The notes below the pieces were generated by a model, which saw only the letters and a program-made list of their open reading frames with translations, was not told where the DNA came from and made no database searches. Shown here in pieces: positions 49,771 to 63,369 of a stretch of 64,000 bases of DNA; position 1 is the stretch's first letter; each line of letters opens with the position of its first letter. The position numbers were made by a program, and so were the translations under genes. The stretch comes from Lama guanicoe (lineage: Eukaryota), in contig MU054120.1 in the NCBI GenBank assembly GCA_013239625.1, positions 496,001 to 560,000 on the forward strand, given 5' to 3'.

Positions 49771-51519
49771 GAGGTAAATATATTTTTTATAATGTTTTTA
49801 AACAATTTATCTTAACTTCTAGTTACATAAGATAGTATATTATAATAATATATACTGTTAAAAACTCTGTTAAATCCTGTAGAGATTCTATAACTTCTTC
49901 CTAGGGATTTTGGGTTTTTTTGTTGTTTGTTTTGCCTTTCTTCCTTTATTTTGTTTTAAAAAAAAATGAGACAGGTGGTTAGATTAAATGTCTCCTTTCT
50001 ATTATTTTAAATTTTTATAATTCAGATTAGCTACTTGGGCAAGGAATTTTTATGACTTTGAACTCCCTTGGGTATGTGGACATGAGTTTAAACCCAATTA
50101 ATTAAACACTTAAAACAGGTGCATTGGTTATTTGACTTGGTCTGCTCATTTACTTGATTTTTACTTGGATAGAGGTCTTCCAAAGAGCAAATCTGAGTCT
50201 TCTTGTGCATCTAAAATTGGTGAGAACAGGAAGAGAGAACACACCACCTCTCCTACCAGACGGTAGACTATTCATTTGGCATCTTGCCTGGAAAGTTGCA
50301 AACTCAATTATATGCACATATGGTCCTTAGCAGTAAGCATTCATCTTTGCCAAGACTCATTTCTCTATGGCATTTCCAAACCATCCATAGCTATGCTGTG
50401 AACCTTTTCCACGTAATGAATTGTATTTTGGTTTTTGCTTAATAATTTCAGATTGTACAATGCTTTCTCTACCATACAAGTAACCATGGGAATACATCAA
50501 ATAGAATATCAGTACAAATTCTACAAGTGTGCTTTTCCTAATGAGGTGCATTTTATTTAGGAAATCAGGTTTGGAGCTATCTAGCCTTAATGAGAGGTAG
50601 TGGTAGAATTAATAAATCTCCCAATATTCCCTGAAGCAGCTGCTCTCCTTTGAAATAATGAGCATATGGTTTCATCATATTTTATTGATTTGATCCCCTT
50701 CAGCTAAAGAAATATTTCAGTGGAATGCAAACAACCTTCACAATTTCTGCATATTTTTCAAGCCCTCTATTTTCTTGGCAAAACAGAAAACTGATGAGCA
50801 TACAAATGAAAAAGACAAAGATAGTATTTAGATTTTTTAACCAAAGATGAGACAGAAGGAGAGATGAGACCCATGAAGTATCTTTATTTCTGAGATGCCT
50901 ACTTAAATATTTATTTTCCAAATGAAACAGGATGTACTCAAAATAAGTTAACGGTATAAAGAGTCCTTATAGGTTCAGGAGTTGTCAGAGTTTGAGCCAA
51001 TGAAGTATATACACTAGGAAGGCAGAAAGCAATTGTAATGTTCTAGCAAAGTGTGACCAGAGTTGACTCAAGTAAATATCAAAGTTGTGTAAGGATTCAT
51101 GGACAAAATTATGTAAGGCTGAGGTGCAATTAGGTGGATAGGAATAGGAACCCACTAGAAAATATATACAAGCCGGAAAGGATGGAATGAGGTTAGATAC
51201 AGGACGCAAAGAGAGGAAATGTTCTCATCTGCCCAAGACTGGATGGGAAGCAGCAGAGTCAGTGGAAAAAGAATTAGGTCAATGTCCCAGGCAATGGACA
51301 GACAATTTCCAAAGAATGTGAACCAAGCTGTTTAAGATTTTTAACCAAGAGCCTTACCCATTGCCCTGTCAGTGAATGGTCTCTCTTTAGGAGTGCTTAC
51401 ACTTGTAGAATTATATAACTTTATGGAACAGAGTTATTCTTACAGTTAGAATTTCTCTCATTCTGCTGTGGTAGGGCATGCTACGCCCTCAGAATGGGCT
51501 CTAGCTGATGAGCTCTAAC

Positions 51520-51640
51520 AATTAGATTTGATTTAAAATGTAGATTGTTGGACCCCACTCTCCGAGAACAGATTCGGAAGACAGGGCGTTAGGCTAAGAT
51601 CTGCATTTTAATAAGCTCTCCCAAAAGCCCTGGACTGAGA
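51520..51640. mobile_element. MER5A-like hAT fossil
   Basis: TTAAAATGTAGATTGTTGGACCCCAC...ATCTGCATTTTAATAAGCTCTCCC. Confidence 0.65.
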
Positions 51641-53090
51641 ATTCTTCCCTTCTGGCTTCCTGCTGCATGTGGCCCTTGATGTTCTAACTGAGCTCTGTAG
51701 GGAGCCATCGATGGCTTCCATCTTGACAAACTACCAAAAACGTTCTATTCCCATGCACATTATGCCAGAAGAAGCATGGAGTTCTGCCTAATTTATCTGT
51801 TACTCTTACAGAGTATGACGGTAAAGGAAAATTGTAGAAATATATATTAGTATAAGGCTAAAAGAGAACTACTAAACCTACCGTGTTCCTCAGCGTAGCC
51901 TTCAGGTAACTCTAATTAATCGGGTATCTTTGCTTCAAGACTTTTCAAGGTCTTTCTTTGGCAGGCCAAGCTGGTCTGTGAATCTTCAAGAGGAATGATT
52001 CCAGGCCAGCATTTCTGAAACAGTTTGACCACTGAGTCCCTTTAGGAAGAGGAATATTGATTAATATTGTTCCAGAACTCATATTTAATAGAACACGCTA
52101 AGGAAAATTCTAGTTTACTGAGAAACCACTACATACAGCAATAGTGAAAAAGAGACTGCTCAGGGGAGCATGCCTGGATATTATGGCTAATTTTGAGCAG
52201 GAGCTGGACTCAGGAGGCTGTCAAGTTCAAACAGACCAGAGAATGGCTGACGGCTCAGGTAAGGTTTCTAAACCATGACTGGATGCCATATATTAGGGAA
52301 GGGCTGGGTGGTAGTTTTGAAAAGTCAGTGGTTAGTAATGACCTATCTAAGAAGCAAAGATAATGACCAAGGTACTTAAGCTGTCTAGGAAGAGCTGCAC
52401 ACACAGGGCTGGACTGTAAATGGAAGAAGTCATTAAGGAAAAGAGGCCATTTGGGAAAGAAAGAACTATTGTATAAGCCGGGCAGAAACACTGTGGTGTA
52501 CAGAGGACATGAATTCCAAGAACAGAAGCAAGACTGAAAAGTAAGCGTGGCTGGCCTGAGTCAATTAATGTCACTGAATGAGCATCGCAGAGTTCCATCT
52601 GTCAGACATCATACTCTTAGGTAAAATATTTTTAGTCTACCTGTCCTTTATTTGATTTCTTTGAGGTCATTTCTTCCCATCTCTTTAAAGGAAAAACATG
52701 TAGACTTTAAAAATTATAGACCACCATTTATCAAGTGTTTCTGATGCTCAAAATACATGTTAATCACTTTTCTATATTATCTATTGTAAACTATTAGATA
52801 ATATAATAGATGATAGATTATCTAATGCCGTTCTCACAAAATGCCTTACAAAGTGAAGGCAAAGCAAATTGTCCAAGGACAAGCTCCTACAAGCTAAGAA
52901 AGTGGAGGGCACAGGATCACTTATTTATGATGATTTCATTTAGTTATTGTTTTCACTTTCAGGTTTTATTCCTGTTATATGTGACTTAGGTGTAGTTATC
53001 TCACCTTAAAATTATACTATTGCCCCCTAGTCTCTTAAAGAGTAACGATGCAGTGTAATAGTGACAAGGAAAAATGTTTATCAAATCAGA

Positions 53091-54030
53091 TAAACAGCTC
53101 ATAAAAGTCAACATCAAAAAAACAAACAACCCCACTAAAAAAGGGGCAGAAGATCTAAATAGACATTTTTCCGAAGAAGACATAGGCTCATAAAAAGATG
53201 CTCAGCGTCACTAATCATCAGGGAAATGAAAGTCAAAACCGCAATGAGATAGCCATTCTGACAGGTGTGAGGTGCTATCATAAAAAAGACCACAAATAAC
53301 AAATGCTGGTGAGGATGTGGAGGAAAGGGAACCCTTGAACATTGTTGGTGGGAATATAAATTGGTGCATTCACTGTGGAAAACAGTATGGTGGTTCCTCA
53401 AAAAACTAAAAATAGAAATACCATATGATCCAGCAATTCCACTTTTAGGTAAATATTTGAAGAATACAAAACCATGAATTTGAAAAGATATATGCACCCC
53501 AGTATTCAGAGTAGCGTTATTTACAACACCAAAGATATGCAAGCAACCTAAGGGTCCATCAACAGATGAATGGATAAAGATGTGACATATATATGCAATG
53601 GAATACTACTCAGACATTAAAAAGGATGGAATTTTGCCATTTGCAACAACATGGATGAACTTGGAGGGCATTATGCTTAGTAAAATAATCCAGACAGAAA
53701 AAGACAAGTTCTATATGACATCATTTATATGTGGAATCTTAAAAAATAAACTAGTGACTATAACAAAAAAGAAATAGACTCACAGATACAGAGAACAAAC
53801 CAGTGGTTACCAGTCAGGAGAAGGAAGGGAGAAGGGGCAATGGAGGCGATTAAGAGGTACAAACTACTATGTATAAAATAAATAAGACACAGGGATATAT
53901 TGTACAGCACAGGAAATATAGCCAATATTTTATAGTAACAATAAAAGGAATATAACCTTTAAAAATTATGAATCACTATGTTGTACACCTGAAACTTATA
54001 TAATATTGTAAATCATTATATCTCAAAAAA
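53091..54030 (+). mobile_element. 5'-truncated L1 (ORF2 end + 3' UTR), same subfamily as 29990-32072
   Basis: AGACATTTTTCCGAAGAAGACATA...GGAAAACAGTATGG...AAAAATAAACTAGTGACTATAACAAAAA...CACAGATACAGAGAACAAACCAGTGGTT is shared with the 31.1-32.1 kb copy. Confidence 0.95.
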
Positions 54031-55365
54031 TAGTTTTTTCTGCTATTAGCCAATTATGATTCTTATAATATCTTAATTGCCTTGGTTCATTTTTTCACCA
54101 CGCCTCACAGAATTAACAAAATTATACAATAAATCAATTATGATACTGGTCTGAAAGGAAAGATATTGGCCAATGAACTATAACAGATGTAATAAATCAC
54201 CCTTCTTTTTTTTCATGTTACAGTGAAAAGGGTTCCACATACATTATGTGAGGGCCTAGAATTAATCATTACTCTTAATGAAAGGTGTGGCTAAGGCTTA
54301 GTAAAATTTCCCTGTAACAGAATATCATCTTCATTTCCTGCATTTGTACAGGTTGTTTAAACAGATCATGTCCTCCCCTCCACAGTTCCTGGAAGAATTC
54401 TGTTTTCTCTCAGGTTAGAAGAAAGTCCCTGATTACACCCTATGTTCGCCTGGCATTAACACATCATCCAGATCACGACCCAGATGTTCTGATCTTAAGC
54501 GCTTTGGATCATTGCCACCACAGTTGAGAAAGCTGCTGCTTTCATTGGCTTTTCAATCTGAGAACTCCACGAGGTCAATGTTATTTTCCATTTTTCAAGT
54601 GGGGAAACTGGCAGAGAGAAATTTGCTCAAGTGTCACAATCAAAGCATTAAACTTTGAACCTAAAGCGTCTGAGACACTGGTTTACCAAGACTGAATAAG
54701 GCACGGTACACATCTTAGCTCTAAAAATCCTTGCTTCTTTCTAAAATGCAACACTGTAAACAAGGATCCTCACTTTTTTTTTTCAAAAAATAAATTTAGC
54801 TTGCATTTGTGAGTGTACAGATGGCACTAGAAATTACCATAAACAAACAAATCAGTATCTAAATATAGATAATTTGGGAGCATAAAGCAACTTTTCAGAA
54901 TATTATGAGATACTAATTATTTACATTCTAGTCTATTATATATATGACTATCATTTTTTATAAGGGCTCAAAATTTTATTTCTTGAAAAATTATGAAAAA
55001 ATTACACTCACACCACATATTACTTAGCGAGGAAAAAGCGAAACAGACCAGAGTGCAGATATGCTGTCTGCACTGATCTGTGATTATGTTTCCTCATTTA
55101 AACATCAAACCAAATGGACCTCATTGTAAAAGTCAGGTCTTAAAAAATATCTTAGGTTTGCAGGACTTGCTTATAATCACCAAGAAGATCAAGAATTATT
55201 TACTTGAATACTTCTATATTAATGTGTGTAACACAAGATTTGTCAGATTTTAGTGAAGCAGTTTGAGATTATAAGCAGAAGGATGATTCCTCAGTGATAT
55301 TTAAATGGCAATAAACCAGACAGAGGCTTTACTTCTGCTTTAGAATGTGATTTTTATATTTTTAT

Positions 55366-55392
55366 TATATATATATATATATATATATATAT
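55366..55392. repeat. (TA)13 microsatellite followed by a degenerate CA/TA tract
   Basis: Direct read. Confidence 0.95.
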
Positions 55393-56469
55393 CTTATATA
55401 CACATATGCACACACATACATACATATATACATATATATTTGTAACATTCTGGTTCAGATACTGTATTTAACCAAAATATTTAATTTCTACAAACCATCA
55501 TTCTCATAAATATGTGGAAAATAAATAATCCTGTGTAAGTTAATAAAAATAATACTGAAATCGTTCATCTTACTTTTTTCTTCATAAGCTAATGTAAACC
55601 ATTTTGGCCCCGAGAGCCTCTGGTTTTACATGTATCCATACTTAGGCAGTTAGCACACATCCAAAGAGAACACACAGAGGCAGTGGTGGTAATGCAGTGA
55701 AAAAAAGAAGTAAAAGCCATTTTGCATTAATACATGCCAAAGATGGAAAAATTATTTGCTGTTTTAAAAAAATCAACTATTTAAAATATGCGTGTGATAA
55801 GGAAGATTAGTTGGAACAATAGATATGCATTGAAACACAGAAGAAATGGAAGGTCTGTTTGTTATCTTCAGTATATCAAAAATCAAAAATGATTCACAAT
55901 ATTTTGATCATCTTTTGTAGGTAGAAAAAAAATGGGTCATTCCCAGACGTGCATATTATTTTGACTTAAGAGTGTAAGTAAAGTGAGCCTGATTGTGAAC
56001 AAAATTATAAAGAAAGTGGTTTTGTTTATAAAGTATTTTGATATATAATTTCTGAATCTCTCTAAATTCTTGAGCCCTCTAATACACAGAACATATACAC
56101 AACCCATTATTCTCCACTGTGCTGTCCCACCAAGGGACAATCCAACTTAGGAAGATGCAGTCTTTCAAAATTACTTTTTTTGACCCAATCCTTCTCATAC
56201 AACAAACACACAGCATCTCTGAACACCTTTTCAAAAGGAAAGAGTTCTGATGAAAAATTTATACTAATGTGTGAGTGACTTCCAGTCTATTTAAAATTTT
56301 CTGAAATTTAGTTGGTAGAAAAATTAAAATGGTAACCCAAATGATTGATTTTGTATTGGTGGAAATTCAGAACTGTGGTAAGCTTGTATTGGAGAATTTA
56401 GAGAACTGGAGCCTTTCCTTGGATCTTTCAAATCATATCCTATCAGAAAAGGTGATTACGGTCAATAGA

Positions 56470-56725
56470 GGCACCATGATATTAAAGAGCATGTGCTTGG
56501 AATTAGACAGGTTCAGGTCTGAATTCAGGACATTCATGACTTGTAAACGGGAGAGTTTGGACAGGTTTCCTAATCTCTCTAGGTCTTAGTTGTCTCATTG
56601 GCAAAATAAAATTTAGAAAATTTGCTTTTGTAGCTTGTATGAAGATTAGCAATATAACAGCTAGCACACAGGATAAAAGTAATAGATGGGAGATACTATA
56701 TATATGCAATCAATAAAAGGTCAGC
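56470..56725 (+). mobile_element. MIR SINE
   Basis: TTAAAGAGCATGTGCTTGGAATTAGACAG...TTTCCTAATCTCTCTAGGTCTTAGTTGTCTCATTGGCAAAAT...CAATAAA. Confidence 0.75.
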
Positions 56726-57448
56726 ATTTGAAGGAAGCCTCTAAATAATATATGTTTTGGGATTATTCATGGCTCCAGAAATATGCTTAAATTGACTTTT
56801 AAAATAGTCTCACCATATGGTTTATTGTTTCTCCTATTCAAAGTAAAAATGCCAAATGGTGCCATAAACAGGATTTGCAAGCTTGGAATCAAGAAAAATT
56901 GGATGAAGGAAACTTGCTAATCATGTGTCTTAAAAGTTTGAACTACATAGTGAAGAATCTAGAAAAATGGGGGGATTTCATATTGAAAGAACAGAATTTG
57001 GTCAAATTTAAATCTTATGTACTCGATGTCATCATATGCTCTTCTGTGTTATTACCAATAACTAGTAACAGTGAGAGTAATGCTTATAGCTTAAAAGAGG
57101 AGAGGGTATCTTGATTGATATCTAAATTTGTTTTCTTAAATTTTATTCAGATCTTTCAATAAAGTGGGCATTTGTAGATTCTATTCTATTTTATAAAATA
57201 TTTACATAATCTTATTTAATGCTCTCAATTAGTTTATGAAGATTCATCAGCGGAGCTGATAAATGTTCATGGAGCTGCTGTAAGCAGGACTCTCTCTTTA
57301 AAGTAACTGACCAACTTCCACAGAACGTATCTTTGGCAATAAGTAAATATACACAGACATGGGAAGATTACATCAGATCATGAGTGTGACTAAAATTATC
57401 TTATTTGTGGAATCAATGATTTCCAAAGTTATTTAATTACTAAGTTTT

Positions 57449-57828
57449 TGCTATGGACTGATGTGTTCCCCACCCCCTCTCAAATTCAGAAGTTGAAGCC
57501 CTAACCCTTCATATAATGGTATTAGGAGGTGGGGCCTTTGGGAAGGAACGAGGTTTAGATGAGCTCGTGAAAGCAGGGTCCTCATGATGGGATCAGTGCC
57601 CTTATGAGAGACCAGAGAGCTTGCTCTCTTTCCGCGAGGTAGCAATGGGAGGGTGCAGCAAGAAGGCAGGTGTCTGCAAGCCGGGAAGTAGGTCCTCATC
57701 AGAGCTCAACCACCCTGTCACCCTGACCTCCGACCTCCCAGCCTCCAAAACTGTGAGAAATACATACCTGCTGTTAAAGCCATCCAGTTTATAGTATTTT
57801 GGTATATCAGTGTGAGCTGACTCAAACT
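57449..57828 (+). mobile_element. MLT1A-type MaLR solo LTR
   Basis: TGCTATGGACTGATGTG...CAAATTCAGAAGTTGAAGCCCTAACC...GGTATTAGGAGGTGGGGCCTTTGGGA...CCAGCCTCCAAAACTGTGAGAAATA. Perfect 5-bp TSD GTTTT at 57444-57448 and 57829-57833. Confidence 0.92.
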
Positions 57829-58938
57829 GTTTTCATCTTCCTGTATTTGAAGACAGTTCCTCTGCTTTACAAGCAGCTTTTTTCATCAACTGCCTATGTA
57901 TGTGTGAAATTAGTAATTAAAGGAGGTCACATTAATCAGCTTCATTGTCCATCAATACTCATCTGACTCACATAATAGAAAATGTTGGAAAGAAGTTCAA
58001 CATGGATAAAAATTAATCACTTCACAACTGAATGAAAATGCTACCAATTAAAAAATTTCTGTTGGGCGCCTGTTAGTTTTTTTTTTTCTGAGAGTCCCAA
58101 ACAACTAGTCAAAAAATGTATTTTAGCTGTGAGTCTCTTCAGTATTGGATAAGTTGGATTTCTCTTTATGGGAGAGACACATTTCAACATAAAGGCAGGA
58201 CACATTGTCCTTGCCTGAGTTTTTCCCTCTGGAGAAATAGACTATTTTTTACTTAGTATGTTTCATAAACAGAAAAGAAAGGGCAGATTCCAGCAGTATG
58301 TTCACATTCAAAATACTGAATCATACAAATATTAGGATGAGAAACAGACATCAATGCCAAGGCCATGTCCACTGTACTAAATTCCACATAATAAATCCTC
58401 TCAAAAGACATACCACTCTAAGGACAGAAAGGTTCAGTTAGAAAGACATAGTCTTAAAGTGTTCCATTAAAGATATTAATAAAGAAGATCTCAATTTCAG
58501 TCAGTCAGTCAGTCAACCCTTGGATGTTTTTAAGCTCTGCTAAAGCAGAGAACTAAAATGTTCACCATTGTGAATGTATATTTAAGAAAGAAAATCACTA
58601 TGAGTGAAAAAAAGTTGAAATTTTATCAGGAAATGTGTTCATAATTTATAAAGTTGCAATACATTTATTTATTGTGGAAGCTTAAGTTTCATGTGTTTAT
58701 GTTTAAAGATGGAACGTTTCAATTCATGTTGACATGTCTCAAGATAGACATAATAAACTTAATGAGAAGACAATGCCATTGAATCTGAGAGTAGAACTAT
58801 CTGGCCTCTGTAATCTTAGTAAAATAAGAGGAAGATCAAAGTCTAGTGACATTAAATTCTTCTATCTAGTAAATTTACAATATAAAAACTGGATTTAGCG
58901 ATTAGAATTCTGAGCGAAAGTGTTGGAAGCGAGATGAG

Positions 58939-59535
58939 TATGGCAGTTAGGGTGCTTTGACTGTAAGTGATGGAAAACTACAATTTAAATAGCCTTAACT
59001 GGACTTTATTTGAAAATTTACTAATTTACTTAATAAGATTCTCACTTAACAAGAGGCTCGGAGAAAGACAGGAAAGGAGAACTCCAGGGTTGGTTTATTT
59101 CGTGACATGATAAGAAAATTAATGACTTAGTGTATTCTCATATCTCTGCTATACCACCCTGCTCCCCACCCCCGGTTCCCACATTTACTAGTGTTCCTTC
59201 TTGGTTGACCCACAGTTCCAGTGATCACACCCAGGGATGGTAGTGATGGACATCATTAAAAGAGGGAAGCTCTGTATCTTCATTTTTAAAGAATGAAGAA
59301 ATCTGCTCCAAGTGTCTCCTCAGTAAGTTTTCTTTCACGTATCATTGGCTAGAATTAGTTGCCATGATTAGCTCAGACAATTTAGGATTCACTTGCTGGT
59401 ACTAGAGGTGGGTCGGACTCTGAGTGCAAAGGAGGAGGGAAATCTGGACAAAATCAAGTCTTTTGGGTAGAAGTCGGGATGGAAAGAGGCGAGGTGGAGA
59501 GTGGATTTTCATGGACCACCTCAAGTGTGTAAGAC
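58939..59535 (-). mobile_element. Old MLT1J/K-type MaLR LTR
   Basis: CAGTTAGGGTGCTTTGACTGTAAGTGATGGAAAAC...TCATTGGCTAGAATTAGT...GATTAGCTCAGACAAT...GGACAAAATCAAG. Confidence 0.6.
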
Positions 59536-60241
59536 CATCCGCTGTTTTTAAATAAGATAAATAATTTTACAGGATGCTTTACGTTATAATTATAAAAATA
59601 ATCATCTAGATGAAATAAATATAGTGTTAGACATTAGAAAAGTATTCGTTTTCTTACTGTTAGCCAAGACGCTGCTAGAAACTAGGAATAAAATGTTCTT
59701 TTGGTTCTGAGTGGTGTAGATGTTAAAGGTACCATTAAAATATTATTTTGCTTTTTAGACTCTAAATGATTTTGCTTCCAGTTTGTAGTGCATTCAAAAT
59801 TAATTTTTTTAAAAAATCACATCATAAGAAGACTGTTGCTTTTCCTGGTCCTGAGATATAGAAACACTTCCTGCAGAGGCTTCCTATAAAGGGGACACTG
59901 GTGATTTAGGGGGCAATGTTACCACATGGAACTCAATACCTAAGACAGGAGGTGTCACATGATTGTTTTATAAAATATGCTTCAACTTGGCCAGTGGTAT
60001 AATGACCAATGACAATTTACACACACCCCTCTAAAGAGGGACAAAACAACATGGACAGGTAGGCAGAACAACTGTCCAAAAGTCTTATTTCCTAAATAAA
60101 CACTGGAGTGTTAATAGGTTCCATCCAATAAGATCAGGAAATACTGAGGTAAAGGTAAGCAAAGCAAGTATCTCTCCTTAAGGACTTCTTAGAGCCTTTA
60201 ATATGCTATAGTAACATACTGTATTAATAAAATAATGCATG

Positions 60242-60380
60242 AATAAAAATAGCTAATATTTAAGAATTTACAAATGCCACATACTGGCGTACAAGCCTTC
60301 AAGTATTTTACTTAATCAACAAAATAATCCTATGAGGTAAGTACTTGTACTTTTATTTTAAGACAAGAAATCTGAACCCA
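60242..60380 (-). mobile_element. MIR fragment
   Basis: AATAGCTAATATTTA...TTAATCAACAAAATAATCCTATGAGGTAAGTACT. Confidence 0.65.
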
Positions 60381-60992
60381 GCTGGAAGCCGAGCTGAGGG
60401 AAAGATTCAATAGGAGGCAGGTGGACCTGTTCTGTCGTAATTTCAAGAACCTGCTCAGATTCCAGAGCTGAATGTAGGCTTTCTAAGAATAAGACGGACA
60501 TGTCTCTCAGAAAACAACTGTCCTAACGCACACAACATGACAAAGTAATTGTAACCTAGAACACTGTTAGTCAGATGAGTCCATTACCAAAAAAATTTAA
60601 AATCTCAGTGAAGTATCTACACATCTGAGTAATAGGATGCTGTATTAAACAGATTTGCATTCCCAAGTTGTCAAATACTGGACGTTTTGTGTTCAATATT
60701 TAGATATAAGCCCATTAAATGATACAATACACAAAAGTTATTTTGATTTTTGGAGTAATGGATATGTTTTCCAGAGTTACGATTTTTATTTTTAGTATAA
60801 ACATATGCTATCCATGTCTACACCAGCCTGGGTAGGCCAACCAAGAGTAACTTGTACATAAAAATGGTGAAATTGTAAAATTATTAAAATAAACAAATCA
60901 GCACAGTTTGACCTACTCACAGTGATGTAGTCACAATGCAGACATTTATTAAAATTTTACAGTGTTGCTTACCTTAAGGAACTTGCTGCTAA

Positions 60993-61457
60993 TATAGTGG
61001 AAGAGTGGAAAAGTTTTTCTTCCTAGATTCTTTGGCTGGTCTAATAATTTAATTGATAAAAGACAGATTAACAGGAGAAAAACAAATTTAATTTCGTATA
61101 CACTGGAGGCCCATAAAAATATGAGGCCCAAAGGCAATCAAGCAATTGAGATGGATACACCGTCCTAAGCTGAGAAACGGAGTAGGAGCCCGAGGCTTCA
61201 AAGGGAAGGAGGGTGACTCACAGGGAGATGAGAACAGATGGGTGGTAATTAGATGTTTGCCCTGCCACGCTGATGAGTCCTCCAGATAAAAATGGTATCT
61301 TAGCTAGTTGCTCTCTTTCTGGACCAGGTCCTCTATTTAAATTCTTATTGGCTGAAGGGAGAGGTAAATTTTTTTCCTGAATTTGCTGGGTCCTGTTTAC
61401 CTTCAGCTCAAAATAATCCACATGCCAAAGCGGAGTTGCACATTCTTCTCCCCTTCA
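60993..61457 (-). mobile_element. MER34-like ERV1 solo LTR (second copy)
   Basis: Minus strand starts TGAAGGGGAGAAGAATGTGCAAC...TTTGGCATGTGGATTATTTTGAGCTGAAGG. Shares GGCTGGTC.AATAATT...AAGACAGATTAACAGGAGAAAA with the 45.2 kb LTR. Confidence 0.85.
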
Positions 61458-62532
61458 GTAGAAGTGACCCTTCACGCATGACACCCCCAAATTCCAAATC
61501 TGCTATCGAGAGACAAGAGGAAAGATTAAAGTTATACAAGAGGTGCCCTATATATTGAATAATTATTGTTTGTTCTTATAAGGGCTCTCAGAAAAAAAGC
61601 AAAAAGTGATAAAAACATAAACACATAGTTGCAAATAGAAAAAAAAAGCAAAGTAAAATGAATATTCAAGACTTTGATATCCCTCGCAGCTTTGTAAAAG
61701 TATCCAGTATATTACTTTATGGAGGTAAAAAAAGAAATACAAGTGGATTAGATGTTTTGCTATTGGTCATTTTAATATTCAGTATGCTAACATTTGCTGT
61801 ATTGAATTGTAGAGGAATAAAATAGGCTGTCTTTACATGATTTAGAGTCACTAAAGTGCCAAATAACAAGGATGTATTTAAAACAGATTTTTTTGTTAGT
61901 TTTAATCTTGAAAGTAGCTATGAACTGTGCCTTGGAGCATTTAACAATATTTAATCTGTGAAGACACGGCAAGTGGTAAATCCTCGCGTAGCTTGGAAGG
62001 GAACATATGCTCTACAAGAGATAAGTGTAAATATGTGTATTCTGAGTTGGATTTCATTTTTAATCTCAAGCTCTTTGGGGTGAATTGCATTTTGAATTTT
62101 AAGCATTTTGTTCAGCTTATTGCTGTATATTCTCATGCTTCCACACTTACAACTTCTTACAGGCTTTTTTTGGCAAGAAAATACCGATTCTTGTTGTCAC
62201 GTTAAATTGCCTGATGAAGAATTGTCCACTTCGTTGTGTCACTTCTTCCTCTCACATTAGCTCCCTTTAAAAGAACTGTTTGAAGTTTGCTCTATACCAG
62301 TTTTATGCCAAGCTATTATATGTTAATATTTGCTGTATAAATTGGAATATGGTGTCTTCTGTGCATGGAATACTCTTTGTAGCGTGCCTTGATAATGTCA
62401 CAGTGTGAATACGCTGCTGGTGACTCCATTTATATTAAGAGATTTCTGACTAAGTACTTTCTACAGGATGATGATAATTCACATGGTTCTCTCTATAGGC
62501 ATCTTACTATACTATATTGAGGAATTTGGAGG

Positions 62533-62937
62533 TTTTTTCCCAGTTTTAGTGAGATATTACTGACATATAACCCTGTATAAATTTAATGCATACAGCATAA
62601 TGATTTGACTTACATACATCAGGAAATGATTACTACAGTAAGTTTAGTGAACATTCATTATCTCATATACATACAAAAGGAAAAAGAAAATGTTTTTCCT
62701 TGTGTTGAGAACTCTTAGGACTTGCTCTCTTAACAACTTTCTTATGTAACATACAACAGTATTAATTATATTGATCATGTTGTACATTACAACCCATTAC
62801 TTATTTATCTTATAACTGGAAGTTTGTCCCTTTTGCCCACCTTCACCACCATTCAAGGATATTACATTATTATTGACTGTATTCTCCACACTGTACATCT
62901 GATCCCTGTGACTCATTTATTTTGTAACTGGAAGTTT
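62533..62937 (-). mobile_element. L1 3' UTR (older laurasiatherian-type)
   Basis: CCCAGTTTTAGTGAGATAT...TACAGCATAATGATTTGACTTACATA...GAGAACTCTTAGGA...TAACTGGAAGTTT; flanked by AGGAATTT at 62520 and 62938. Confidence 0.85.
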
Positions 62938-62945
62938 AGGAATTT

Positions 62946-63028
62946 TCTTTAAATCAAAGTACAGTTAATTTCAATGTGTCAGTTTCTGGTGTACAGCACA
63001 GTGTCCCAGTCATGCATATACGTACATA
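62946..63028 (-). mobile_element. Very short L1 3'-end insertion
   Basis: AAGTACAGTTAATTTCAATGTGTCAGTTTCTGGTGTACAGCACAGTGTCCCAGTCATGCATATAC. TSD TAGGAATTT at 62937-62945 and 63029-63037. Confidence 0.85.
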
Positions 63029-63165
63029 TAGGAATTTCATGTCTTTAAATATGAAGTTTTTTTCTCTCTTTTGAGTTTGCATGGCGGCTATTCAATACTG
63101 CAACTGGGTCATCAGTAGCAATGTACATTATGTCAGAAAATACGTTTAAAATTAATCTAAGAATA

Positions 63166-63369
63166 ATTTGGAAGTTCAGGATTTACAGATACTAACTATT
63201 ATGTATAAAATAGATAAGCAATAATGTCCTACTGTATAGCACAGGGAACTATATTCAATATCTTGTAATAACTATAATGAAAAAGAAGTCAAAAGGGAAT
63301 ATGTATGTATAACTGAACCGCTATGCTGTACACCAGAAATGAACACAACCGACTCTACTTCAATAAAAT
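63166..63369 (+). mobile_element. Short L1 3'-end insertion
   Basis: GTCCTACTGTATAGCACAGGGAACTATATTCAATATCTTGTAATAAC...ACTTCAATAAAA. TSD ATTAATCTAAGA(A/G)TA at 63151 and 63370, preceded by a TTT/AAAA endonuclease site. Confidence 0.92.

Noticed and set aside
52150..52420. Possible L3/CR1 relic
   Set aside because: Similarity too weak to support by eye.
53135..53542. 135-aa minus-strand ORF (also 3181-3459, 4272-4589, 30818-31129)
   Set aside because: Antisense translations of L1 sequence, a well-known source of spurious proteins.
55044..55080. Small hairpin (AGTGCAGA...TCTGCACT) as a miRNA precursor
   Set aside because: Stem far too short for a pre-miRNA; expected by chance.
45226..61457. 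Two MER34-like LTRs as the ends of one provirus
   Set aside because: Their central regions differ strongly, there is no shared TSD, and the 15-kb interval holds older MIR/L1/MLT elements and no gag/pol/env.
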